A stretch of DNA of 20,000 bases from an uncultured virus (IMG/VR IMGVR_UViG_3300025410_000672) (Duplodnaviria > Heunggongvirae > Uroviricota > Caudoviricetes): positions 57,738 to 77,737 of the IMG/VR virus record IMGVR_UViG_3300025410_000672; one strand, 5' to 3'. The translations under genes and the position numbers were made by a program. Positions 1-5,734 of the stretch are shown here, one piece after another; the stretch's first letter is position 1, and each line of letters begins with the position of its first letter. Below the pieces are notes generated by a model. The model saw nothing but the letters and a program-made list of their open reading frames with translations, was not told the origin of the DNA and searched no databases.

Positions 1-2
1 AT

Positions 3-170
3 GAAGTTCGTCGCTTTATTCAAGAAGGATATGAAACAGCAAAGAAGATCTTAACTGAGAAGAGAGATCAACTTGACAAACTTGCAGAAGCTCTTATAAT
101 GTATGAGACACTAAGCGGTCAAGAGATAATCGATCTTTTGGACGGTAAGGAACCAGTCAGGGAGTCTTAA
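3..170 (+). CDS. ftsH: ATP-dependent zinc metalloprotease FtsH, C-terminal fragment (gene begins upstream of the window)
   Basis: Manual frame-3 translation EVRRFIQEGYETAKKILTEKRDQLDKLAEALIMYETLSGQEIIDLLDGKEPVRES* matches the peptidase M41 C-terminal pattern (..EVRR..Y..A..IL......L..LA..L..YETLSG.EI..LL.G). Its TAA overlaps the next ATG (TAATG). Not in the ORF track. Confidence 0.85.
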   Translation, partial: EVRRFIQEGYETAKKILTEKRDQLDKLAEALIMYETLSGQEIIDLLDGKEPVRES

Positions 171-664
171 TGACTATCTTTGTAATTTCGGACACACACT
201 TTGGACATGCTAACATTCTGAAATTTACAAGACAGGATGGCAGTCCAATGCGTGTCTTTGAATCAGTGGAGCATATGAATGAAACAATGGTTGAAAACTG
301 GAATCGAGTTGTCACCGACAGCGATATTGTCTATCATCTTGGCGATGTTTATTTTGGGAAGGGTCACGAGATACTTGGTCGGCTAAAAGGTCGTAAGCGT
401 CTTATCCTCGGAAATCATGATAACGGCAAGTGCCAGAATTTACACAAACATTTCCAGAAGATTATGATGTGGAGAATGTTTCCAGAATTTAATTGTCTGC
501 TAACTCATGTACCTGTTCATGCAAGTGTACTTTATAAGACAAAGTATAACCTACACGGACATGTACATCATAATAGTCTTCCTGAAGAAAACTACATTAA
601 TTGTTGTGTAGAACCCTTAAACTTTACTCCTACTCCTTTGGAATCTTTAATTCCAAAGGAATAA
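170..664 (+). CDS. Calcineurin-like metallophosphoesterase
   Basis: Motifs DTHFGH, HLGDV, GNHD, H, HGHVH in canonical order. Confidence 0.92.
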   Translation: MTIFVISDTHFGHANILKFTRQDGSPMRVFESVEHMNETMVENWNRVVTDSDIVYHLGDVYFGKGHEILGRLKGRKRLILGNHDNGKCQNLHKHFQKIMMWRMFPEFNCLLTHVPVHASVLYKTKYNLHGHVHHNSLPEENYINCCVEPLNFTPTPLESLIPKE

Positions 665-671
665 ATACCAT

Positions 672-797
672 ATGAAAAGATTAATTTTAGTTACATCAAT
701 ATTATCGTTCGGAGCAGGTCTTATTGTTGGGTGGAATCTTCTACCTCAACCACAATGGCTATTTGATGCTTACGGATATTTGATATTATTCAAATAA
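672..797 (+). CDS. Small membrane protein (41 aa)
   Basis: Manual translation MKRLILVTSILSFGAGLIVGWNLLPQPQWLFDAYGYLILFK*. Fills the gap between neighbours; TAAATA 4 nt upstream. Confidence 0.6.
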   Translation: MKRLILVTSILSFGAGLIVGWNLLPQPQWLFDAYGYLILFK

Positions 798-805
798 ATA
801 AAAGT

Positions 806-1249
806 ATGAAAAAACTACTACTTTTATTCTTTCTATTCACTTCTTCTGCATTTGCTGTAGACTTACCTATTTTACCAAATCCCAAACTTACTCCTGGTGA
901 TATAGATCATAATGCTTCAACTAAAGAATTTTGTACTCCTGGGTATACTCGTAAAGTTAGAAATGTTCCACTGTCTGTAAAAAGACAGGTTTTTGTTCTT
1001 TATGGAATTGATCCAACATCTAGCGATTTCGAAGTAGATCATCTTATTAGTTTAGAATTAGGCGGATCTAATGATATTAAGAATTTATGGCCACAAAGTT
1101 ATGATACACAACCATGGAATGCTTATAAGAAAGATGGTTTAGAGCATAGATTACATGCTTTAGTTTGTAATGGCAAAATAGACGTAAGAGAAGCACAAAA
1201 AGCCATTGCATCTGATTGGATTTCAGCGTATAACAAATATATGAATTAA
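806..1249 (+). CDS. Signal-peptide-bearing HNH (His-Me finger) nuclease-like protein
   Basis: N-terminal MKKLLLLFFLFTSSAFA signal peptide; EVDHLISLELGGSNDIKNLWPQ HNH-like core; two Cys. Confidence 0.75.
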   Translation: MKKLLLLFFLFTSSAFAVDLPILPNPKLTPGDIDHNASTKEFCTPGYTRKVRNVPLSVKRQVFVLYGIDPTSSDFEVDHLISLELGGSNDIKNLWPQSYDTQPWNAYKKDGLEHRLHALVCNGKIDVREAQKAIASDWISAYNKYMN

Positions 1250-1255
1250 TAGAAA

Positions 1256-1332
1256 GGCTTGGTATCTCAGTTGGTTAGAGTGCTGCCCTGTCACGGCAGA
1301 GGTCGCCGGTTCGAGCCCGGTCCAGGTCGCCA
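1256..1332 (+). tRNA. tRNA-Asp (GTC)
   Basis: Cloverleaf: acceptor GGCTTGG/CCAGGTC, anticodon arm CTGCC-CTGTCAC-GGCAG, T-loop TTCGAGC, G73, encoded CCA. Confidence 0.95.
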
Positions 1333-1366
1333 GTTTGTTAAATAGTTGTAGTTAACGGAGACTACA

Positions 1367-1642
1367 ATGAAAAAGAAACTTCTTACACTATTAACGGTGC
1401 TTGGACTTACTATTGCTACAGTTGCTCCTGCTAATGCTTGGTACCGTGGATATTATGGCGGATATTATGGCGGATGGGGTTACGGTGGTGCAATGGCTGG
1501 GGCTGCTATTGCAGGTGCTCTTGCTGGGGCTGCTATTGCTAATTCATATGCTTATCCATATGGAGGATATTATTATGTACCACAATATTATTATCCTGCG
1601 CCAACATACTACTATTACCCAAATTATTACTATGGATGGTAA
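1367..1642 (+). CDS. Secreted Gly/Tyr-rich low-complexity protein
   Basis: GGAG SD; signal peptide ending APANA; GYYG repeats, a GAAIAGALAGAAIA segment and a Tyr/Pro-rich tail, resembling small secreted proteins of Rhizobiales. Confidence 0.75.
   Translation: MKKKLLTLLTVLGLTIATVAPANAWYRGYYGGYYGGWGYGGAMAGAAIAGALAGAAIANSYAYPYGGYYYVPQYYYPAPTYYYYPNYYYGW
1448..1471 (+). repeat. Tandem 12-bp duplication GGATATTATGGC x2 (encodes GYYG GYYG)
   Basis: Read directly from the sequence. Confidence 0.8.
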
Positions 1643-2077
1643 ATGTTACACATAATAAATGATATTTCAGATCCTTTATTAGAATTAGTAAAGGATGATC
1701 CTGTTCGATCAGATATCTATCCTATAGAAAGAATTATGGGTAATAAAGAAATTATGGTTTTGTTGGATCCTATTAGTAAAGAACCACAATCGGTAATTTG
1801 TGTATCTTATCAAGATCATATACCTGCAGATATAAGAGATTTAATATCTTCTGATTCTCCTATATTTGCTGTATTCTATACTATCTGGAGTTACAAAACA
1901 GGTTCAGGAAGAAGATTGCTCTTTAAGGCAAAAGATTATATAAAAGAACATAGACCAGAAATTAAACGTTTCATAACTCTTAGTCCAAAAACATTTACTG
2001 CTAGTAGATTTCATACTGACAATGGTGCTAAAATATTAAGAGTTAACACAGACAGCGTCAATTATGAATACCAATAA
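1643..2077 (+). CDS. Hypothetical phage protein, possible GNAT-like fold
   Basis: 144-aa ORF abutting the previous stop. The FYTIWS..GSGRRLL...A.RFH..NGA pattern is reminiscent of GNAT motifs A/B (inference). Confidence 0.6.
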   Translation: MLHIINDISDPLLELVKDDPVRSDIYPIERIMGNKEIMVLLDPISKEPQSVICVSYQDHIPADIRDLISSDSPIFAVFYTIWSYKTGSGRRLLFKAKDYIKEHRPEIKRFITLSPKTFTASRFHTDNGAKILRVNTDSVNYEYQ

Positions 2078-2078
2078 C

Positions 2079-2168
2079 GGAGAGGTGGCCGAGTGGTTTA
2101 AGGCAGCGGTCTTGAAAACCGCCGTAGGTGAAAGCCTACCGTGAGTTCGAATCTCACCCTCTCCGCCA
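2079..2168 (+). tRNA. tRNA-Ser (TGA)
   Basis: GGAGAGG/CCTCTCC acceptor, anticodon arm GCGGT-CTTGAAA-ACCGC, long variable arm GTAGG-TGAAAG-CCTAC, G73, CCA. Confidence 0.96.
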
Positions 2169-2198
2169 TACGATATATAATATATTAGGAGAATTAAT

Positions 2199-2369
2199 AT
2201 GCGTATAATTTTATCTTTACTAACTATTATGGCTTTAGGAAATTCCGCTTTTGCTGGTCCTATTCCAAGAGTTGATCATTCATCGAAATCAAAATCAACA
2301 CAAGAATGGAAACCACCACTAGAGATTCAGAAAAAAGAAAGTATTGTTGTTGCTCCTACAAAGAAATAA
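2199..2369 (+). CDS. Small secreted protein (56 aa)
   Basis: AGGAG SD; manual translation MRIILSLLTIMALGNSAFAGPIPRVDHSSKSK...APTKK*, with an AFA signal peptidase site. Confidence 0.7.
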   Translation: MRIILSLLTIMALGNSAFAGPIPRVDHSSKSKSTQEWKPPLEIQKKESIVVAPTKK

Positions 2370-2370
2370 T

Positions 2371-2712
2371 ATGAGATATATTTTTCTTGCAATGTTTGCA
2401 GGAGTAATAATCTATAGTATAGTCAACACTAAACTAAGCGTTGACTATCAATGTTATAGTAAAGAAGGCCTTAATAAATTAATCGACGAGAAAAAATATC
2501 AAACTCTAATTCAAACTTTTACCGATGATGGTAAAATAAATGAAACAATGTTTACACCTTACTATGATAAAGAAACAATTATTGTTGAATATAAAAAACC
2601 AAATACAGAAAAATATTGTATTAAATCAATAACACACGGTACAATGGTAAATGAATATTCTGTTGAAATGCTTTATGAGGCTCTTGAAAAATATAAAGGA
2701 AAACGAGCATGA
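2371..2712 (+). CDS. Hypothetical protein with N-terminal membrane anchor
   Basis: Start moved to ATG 2371, just after the upstream stop; hydrophobic MRYIFLAMFAGVIIYSIV. Confidence 0.7.
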   Translation: MRYIFLAMFAGVIIYSIVNTKLSVDYQCYSKEGLNKLIDEKKYQTLIQTFTDDGKINETMFTPYYDKETIIVEYKKPNTEKYCIKSITHGTMVNEYSVEMLYEALEKYKGKRA

Positions 2713-2915
2713 GATACATAATTCTTTTATCACTATTTCTAGCAGGATGTAATTCGTTAGCCCCAGTTAACGCTGGATTAGATATTGTCGACGTTGCGGG
2801 CAAATTAGGTCTTGACGCAGATACTAATGGTGTCTATTATAAACATAGAGGACCAATAGAACATGTATGTGAATATAAGGTTAAACAGAATTTTACAGCA
2901 TTTCGTCCTTGCTAA
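2709..2915 (+). CDS. Small lipoprotein
   Basis: Lipobox LAGC after a hydrophobic leader; ATGA overlap with the upstream gene. Confidence 0.7.
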   Translation: MRYIILLSLFLAGCNSLAPVNAGLDIVDVAGKLGLDADTNGVYYKHRGPIEHVCEYKVKQNFTAFRPC

Positions 2916-2929
2916 TAATGGAGATTTAA

Positions 2930-3070
2930 ATGTTTAATATTTCAGACGAAACTAAAGCAGAAGCAGTTGCACAGATGAAGGAAATTCTTGGACATGACAT
3001 TCCAGAAGAAAAACTACAAGAAGCATTTGATGCTGCTGTTAAAGTAGTTGCTAGAAGTTTTGGAATGTAA
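2930..3070 (+). CDS. Small hypothetical protein (46 aa)
   Basis: GGAG SD; MFNISDETKAEAVAQMKEILGHDIPEEKLQEAFDAAVKVVARSFGM*. Confidence 0.7.
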   Translation: MFNISDETKAEAVAQMKEILGHDIPEEKLQEAFDAAVKVVARSFGM

Positions 3071-3072
3071 TT

Positions 3073-3234
3073 ATGGATAAGTGGGACGAATTGAAACTAT
3101 TATTAGAGGCAGATTTGTCTCACACCGTCCATTATTCTCATGATAAAAATTATGAACATGGGCAATTATTACGTGTCAAGGAATGGATGGAGTATCTTGA
3201 GAAGAAAGAATTAACTAAAGAAAATTCATCATAA
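3073..3234 (+). CDS. Small hypothetical protein (53 aa)
   Basis: ATG 2 nt after the previous stop; MDKWDELKLLLEADLSHTVHYSHDKNYEHGQLLRVKEWMEYLEKKELTKENSS*. Confidence 0.55.
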   Translation: MDKWDELKLLLEADLSHTVHYSHDKNYEHGQLLRVKEWMEYLEKKELTKENSS

Positions 3235-3269
3235 TTTACGATAAATACTATCTTTGTTAGGAGTATAGT

Positions 3270-3440
3270 ATGAAAACATTCGTTATGGCCACACTTTTAA
3301 TGTGCCTAAATAGTGGCCCATGTGAACAAAAACAAGTTCAGATTGAAAGTAGAGCCTGCACAATAGGAACACTAGATGCAAAAGTTCCTATGAACGGTGA
3401 ATATGAAGATGCAAAAATTCATGTGAAGTGCCACAAATAA
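3270..3440 (+). CDS. Small 4-Cys protein (56 aa), paralog of 3511..3690
   Basis: AGGAG SD; MKTFVMATLLMCLNSGPCEQKQVQIESRACTIGTLDAKVPMNGEYEDAKIHVKCHK*. Confidence 0.75.
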   Translation: MKTFVMATLLMCLNSGPCEQKQVQIESRACTIGTLDAKVPMNGEYEDAKIHVKCHK

Positions 3441-3510
3441 CACTAAATATATTTGGCTTTTGCCAAAAATGATTGTAGTATACAATTATACACACACAAG
3501 GAGAGACACA

Positions 3511-3690
3511 ATGAAGACCCTAATCGCAGCCACTCTATACACATGTCTTAATATCAGCGGAACAAATGTTTGTCAATACAAAGATGTTCAGTTAGAAAAA
3601 GATACTTGTAAGACTGGTGTTATTGAACAGACCCTTCCAAGAGGTACTGAACTTACTAAGATTAAAGTCGCTACTATATGTAAGGGTTAA
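3511..3690 (+). CDS. Small 4-Cys protein (59 aa), paralog of 3270..3440
   Basis: AGGAG SD before ATG 3511; MKTLIAATLYTCLNISGTNVCQYKDVQLEKDTCKTG...ICKG. Confidence 0.75.
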   Translation: MKTLIAATLYTCLNISGTNVCQYKDVQLEKDTCKTGVIEQTLPRGTELTKIKVATICKG

Positions 3691-3692
3691 TA

Positions 3693-3920
3693 TTGATAAA
3701 ATATATTCCAATAATTTTGATTTGTCATGTTAGCGTTCCTTCGTATGACTGTAAATCAGAACATAAAAATGTAACAACTGCTATTGGGGAATTTCAGAAT
3801 ACCCCGATGGCTTGTTTAGTTGAGGGGCAAACTAGACTTGCGAGTCTAGCATTTGCTCCAAAACTAGGAGATCCTTACTATGCTAAAATTAAATGTGTTC
3901 CAAAGATGTTTATCGATTAA
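3693..3920 (+). CDS. Small 4-Cys protein with hydrophobic N-terminus
   Basis: TTG start just after the previous stop; IILIC..DC..PMACL.EGQ..LA..KIKC pattern. Confidence 0.65.
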   Translation: MIKYIPIILICHVSVPSYDCKSEHKNVTTAIGEFQNTPMACLVEGQTRLASLAFAPKLGDPYYAKIKCVPKMFID

Positions 3921-3930
3921 AGGACAAAAA

Positions 3931-4143
3931 ATGAACTTGTTTGAACTGTCGACTGGCGAAACTATAGTTGTAGAAAAAATTGAATCTATCACTAATGTTG
4001 ATCACAAAAATGGATATAAAGGTTCTTTATATGAATTTACCATCTTTATGGATTCTGGACGAACAATTCATGTATCTAACGAAGATAATAAACCACTCAT
4101 CAAAGAACAAGAAAAACTACTATACATAATCAAGAGAACTTGA
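3931..4143 (+). CDS. Hypothetical protein (70 aa)
   Basis: AAGGA SD before ATG 3931; start trimmed relative to the ORF track. Confidence 0.65.
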   Translation: MNLFELSTGETIVVEKIESITNVDHKNGYKGSLYEFTIFMDSGRTIHVSNEDNKPLIKEQEKLLYIIKRT

Positions 4144-4168
4144 CAAGTATCACTTAACCTGTTAAATT
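4140..4168 (+). promoter_or_regulatory. Sigma70-like promoter for tRNA-Leu/kdsC
   Basis: TTGACA-N17-TAAATT with an extended -10 TG, 8 nt upstream of the tRNA. Confidence 0.55.
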
Positions 4169-4176
4169 AATATCAT

Positions 4177-4261
4177 GCGCTTGTGGTGGAATTGGTAGAC
4201 ACGGCAGACTTAGAATCTGTTGCTTCACGGCGTGGGAGTTCAAGTCTCTCCAGGCGCACCA
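4177..4261 (+). tRNA. tRNA-Leu (TAG)
   Basis: GCGCTTG/CAGGCGC acceptor, anticodon arm GCAGA-CTTAGAA-TCTGT, long variable arm, A73, CCA. Confidence 0.95.
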
Positions 4262-4282
4262 AAATATTGAAGGTTTAATAAA

Positions 4283-4792
4283 ATGCCGTTCAAATCAAAA
4301 TTATCTAAATGTAAATTAGTTATTACCGATGTAGATGGGGTACTTACAGATGGTAGAATCTATTATACAGAGCATGGTGAAACAATGAAGGAGTTTCATG
4401 CTCGAGATGGTTTTGGTGTTATAATGTTACAAAAGATGGAAATTAAAACGGCAGTTATAAGTGGACTCGGTTCTGAGGCTTTACAAAAACGAGTTTCCGA
4501 TTTAGGTATTGAATATAGTTTTTATCATGTAAAAGATAAATCTGCGATATGTAAAACACTTATGGAAAATTTATCTCTTCATCCAAATGAGGTAATTTGT
4601 ATTGGTGATGAAATAATAGATCTTCCAATGTTTGAAGTTTGTGGAACATCTTTTGCTGTAAATGATGCTCCAATATACATAAAAGAAAAAGCCGAAAGAG
4701 TTCTTTTTTCGAATGGTGGAAGAGGAGCGTTTCGAGAAGTAGTAGATGAGATAGTAAAAGCAAAAGGGTTGCCTTTCGAACACTTTGTTTAA
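4283..4792 (+). CDS. kdsC: 3-deoxy-D-manno-octulosonate 8-phosphate phosphatase (HAD, KdsC/YrbI family)
   Basis: DVDGVLTDG, K.F..RDG.G, IGD..IDLP and GGRGAFREVVD motifs. Confidence 0.9.
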   Translation: MPFKSKLSKCKLVITDVDGVLTDGRIYYTEHGETMKEFHARDGFGVIMLQKMEIKTAVISGLGSEALQKRVSDLGIEYSFYHVKDKSAICKTLMENLSLHPNEVICIGDEIIDLPMFEVCGTSFAVNDAPIYIKEKAERVLFSNGGRGAFREVVDEIVKAKGLPFEHFV

Positions 4793-4803
4793 GGGACCTT
4801 TTG

Positions 4804-4879
4804 GATCCCTTAGCTCAGTAGGTAGAGCACTCGACTTTTAATCGAGTTGTCCTGGGTTCGAATCCCAGAGGGATCACCA
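4804..4879 (+). tRNA. tRNA-Lys (TTT)
   Basis: GATCCCT/AGGGATC acceptor, anticodon arm CTCGA-CTTTTAA-TCGAG, TTCGAAT T-loop, CCA. Confidence 0.96.
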
Positions 4880-4882
4880 TTT

Positions 4883-4908
4883 TGGGGTATCGTCTAATGG
4901 TAGGACAG
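4883..4908 (+). pseudogene. Truncated 5' fragment of a tRNA-Gln-like gene (acceptor 5' strand plus D-arm only)
   Basis: TGGGGTA-TC-GTCTAATGGTAGGAC-AG: U1-GGGG start typical of bacterial tRNA-Gln and a complete D-arm (GTC/GAC, conserved GG). It lies 3 nt after the tRNA-Lys CCA and breaks off at the anticodon stem. Confidence 0.8.
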
Positions 4909-4916
4909 TATAAATA
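4909..4916 (+). promoter_or_regulatory. T4-type late promoter TATAAATA driving the HNH gene
   Basis: Exact T4 gp55 consensus, 4 nt before ATG 4921. Confidence 0.7.
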
Positions 4917-4920
4917 CTAT

Positions 4921-5460
4921 ATGTTATCCAAAAATATTGATGAAAATTTAATTAAAGAATTATTAGATAGCGGAAAGACTAATAAAGAGATTTCTTTTAT
5001 TCTAGATATTTCGGCACCAACTGTTACATATTGGAGAAAGAAACTTAAAAAAGGATTATCAATAAAAAGATACAATTGGAAAGAAATACAAGAAGCACAC
5101 AATAATGGATCTTCTTATTCAAATTTAAGAAAAGAATTTGGTGTAACTAAACGGTCAATCGAAATGGCTAAGAAGAGGGGAGATTTTAGTACAAGAAAAA
5201 TTCCTTGTATGGATCCGGAACAAGCAAAATTAAGAAAAAGAAATAGAAGAGAAGCATGGATGAGATATCATAGCCGAAAGAAATATCAGACTCCCGCCGA
5301 CGAAGATATAAAAAAACTACAAGAATTTTATGCTAACTGTCCACCTGGATACGAAGTCGATCATATTATACCAATTTCTAAGGGAGGATTACATTCAATA
5401 TCTAATTTACAATATTTAACAAAATCTGAAAATCGTGCTAAAAGTAATAAAATAATTTAA
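4921..5460 (+). CDS. Free-standing HNH homing endonuclease with N-terminal HTH domain(s)
   Basis: HTH GKTNKEISFILDISAPTVTYWRKK; a second HTH-like segment; C-terminal YEVDHIIPISKGGLHSISNLQYLTKSENRAKSNK. True start is taken as ATG 4921 because the track's 4882 start reads through the tRNA remnant. Confidence 0.88.
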   Translation: MLSKNIDENLIKELLDSGKTNKEISFILDISAPTVTYWRKKLKKGLSIKRYNWKEIQEAHNNGSSYSNLRKEFGVTKRSIEMAKKRGDFSTRKIPCMDPEQAKLRKRNRREAWMRYHSRKKYQTPADEDIKKLQEFYANCPPGYEVDHIIPISKGGLHSISNLQYLTKSENRAKSNKII

Positions 5461-5535
5461 TGGGGAGTGGTGCAATGGTAGTCACGTCGGACTTTGACTC
5501 CGAAAATGATCGTTCGAGTCGATCCTCCCCAGCCA
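5461..5535 (+). tRNA. tRNA-Gln (TTG)
   Basis: TGGGGAG/CTCCCCA acceptor, anticodon arm TCGGA-CTTTGAC-TCCGA, T arm GATCG-TTCGAGT-CGATC, G73, CCA. Confidence 0.93.
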
Positions 5536-5537
5536 AA

Positions 5538-5545
5538 TATAAATA
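5538..5545 (+). promoter_or_regulatory. Late promoter TATAAATA upstream of tRNA-Gly
   Basis: Exact consensus 6 nt before the tRNA 5' end. Confidence 0.65.
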
Positions 5546-5551
5546 CCTCAT

Positions 5552-5650
5552 GCGGGTGTAACTCAGAGGTAGAGTTCTTGCTTGCCTGAAGACATTAAGG
5601 TGTCTTGAATAAGCAAGATGTCGAGGGTTCGAATCCCTTCGCCCGCTCCA
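5552..5650 (+). tRNA. tRNA-Gly (GCC) with a 24-nt intron-like insertion (5587-5610) in the anticodon loop
   Basis: GCGGGTG/CGCCCGC acceptor with U73 (Gly identity), D arm ACTC/GAGT, anticodon stem CTTGC/GCAAG, T arm GAGGG-TTCGAAT-CCCTT, CCA. Removing 5587-5610 gives a canonical TTGCCAA loop and a 75-nt tRNA. Confidence 0.88.
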
Positions 5651-5661
5651 AAATCTCCAGG

Positions 5662-5689
5662 TTGACATATCTATAATAGACTGTATAGT
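5662..5689 (+). promoter_or_regulatory. Sigma70-like promoter
   Basis: TTGACA-N16-TATAGT in the intergenic gap. Confidence 0.6.
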
Positions 5690-5734
5690 TATAATTGTAA
5701 GGTGAGTGAAAGACTTACTATTATGGAGATTGAG

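Noticed and set aside
1401..1655. Alternate-frame and antisense ORFs nested in larger genes (e.g. 1401..1655, 2621..2803, 4560..4783, 5994..6221, 7338..7895, 9643..9834, 10420..10840, 14172..14390, 15345..15974, 17813..18076)
   Set aside because: They overlap well-supported genes, lack SD or promoter signals and show no recognisable motifs.
2812..2840. TTGACG-N17-TATTAT promoter-like match
   Set aside because: It lies inside the lipoprotein ORF. It may be a real internal promoter, but it cannot be told apart from a chance match.
4883..5535. Single tRNA-Gln split by an HNH-containing group I intron
   Set aside because: The downstream tRNA is complete on its own. The stub's acceptor strand (TGGGGTA) mismatches the downstream 3' strand (CTCCCCA) at two positions, and there is no non-coding room for a ribozyme core.
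5584..5612. Alternative reading of the interrupted tRNA as anticodon AAT (Ile) with the insert after U33
   Set aside because: The acceptor stem and U73 are Gly determinants, and GCC gives the canonical Gly loop TTGCCAA.
5438..5668. Minus-strand 76-aa ORF
   Set aside because: Antisense shadow of the tRNA-Gln and tRNA-Gly genes (the WSGRRDSNPR pattern is typical of such artefacts).
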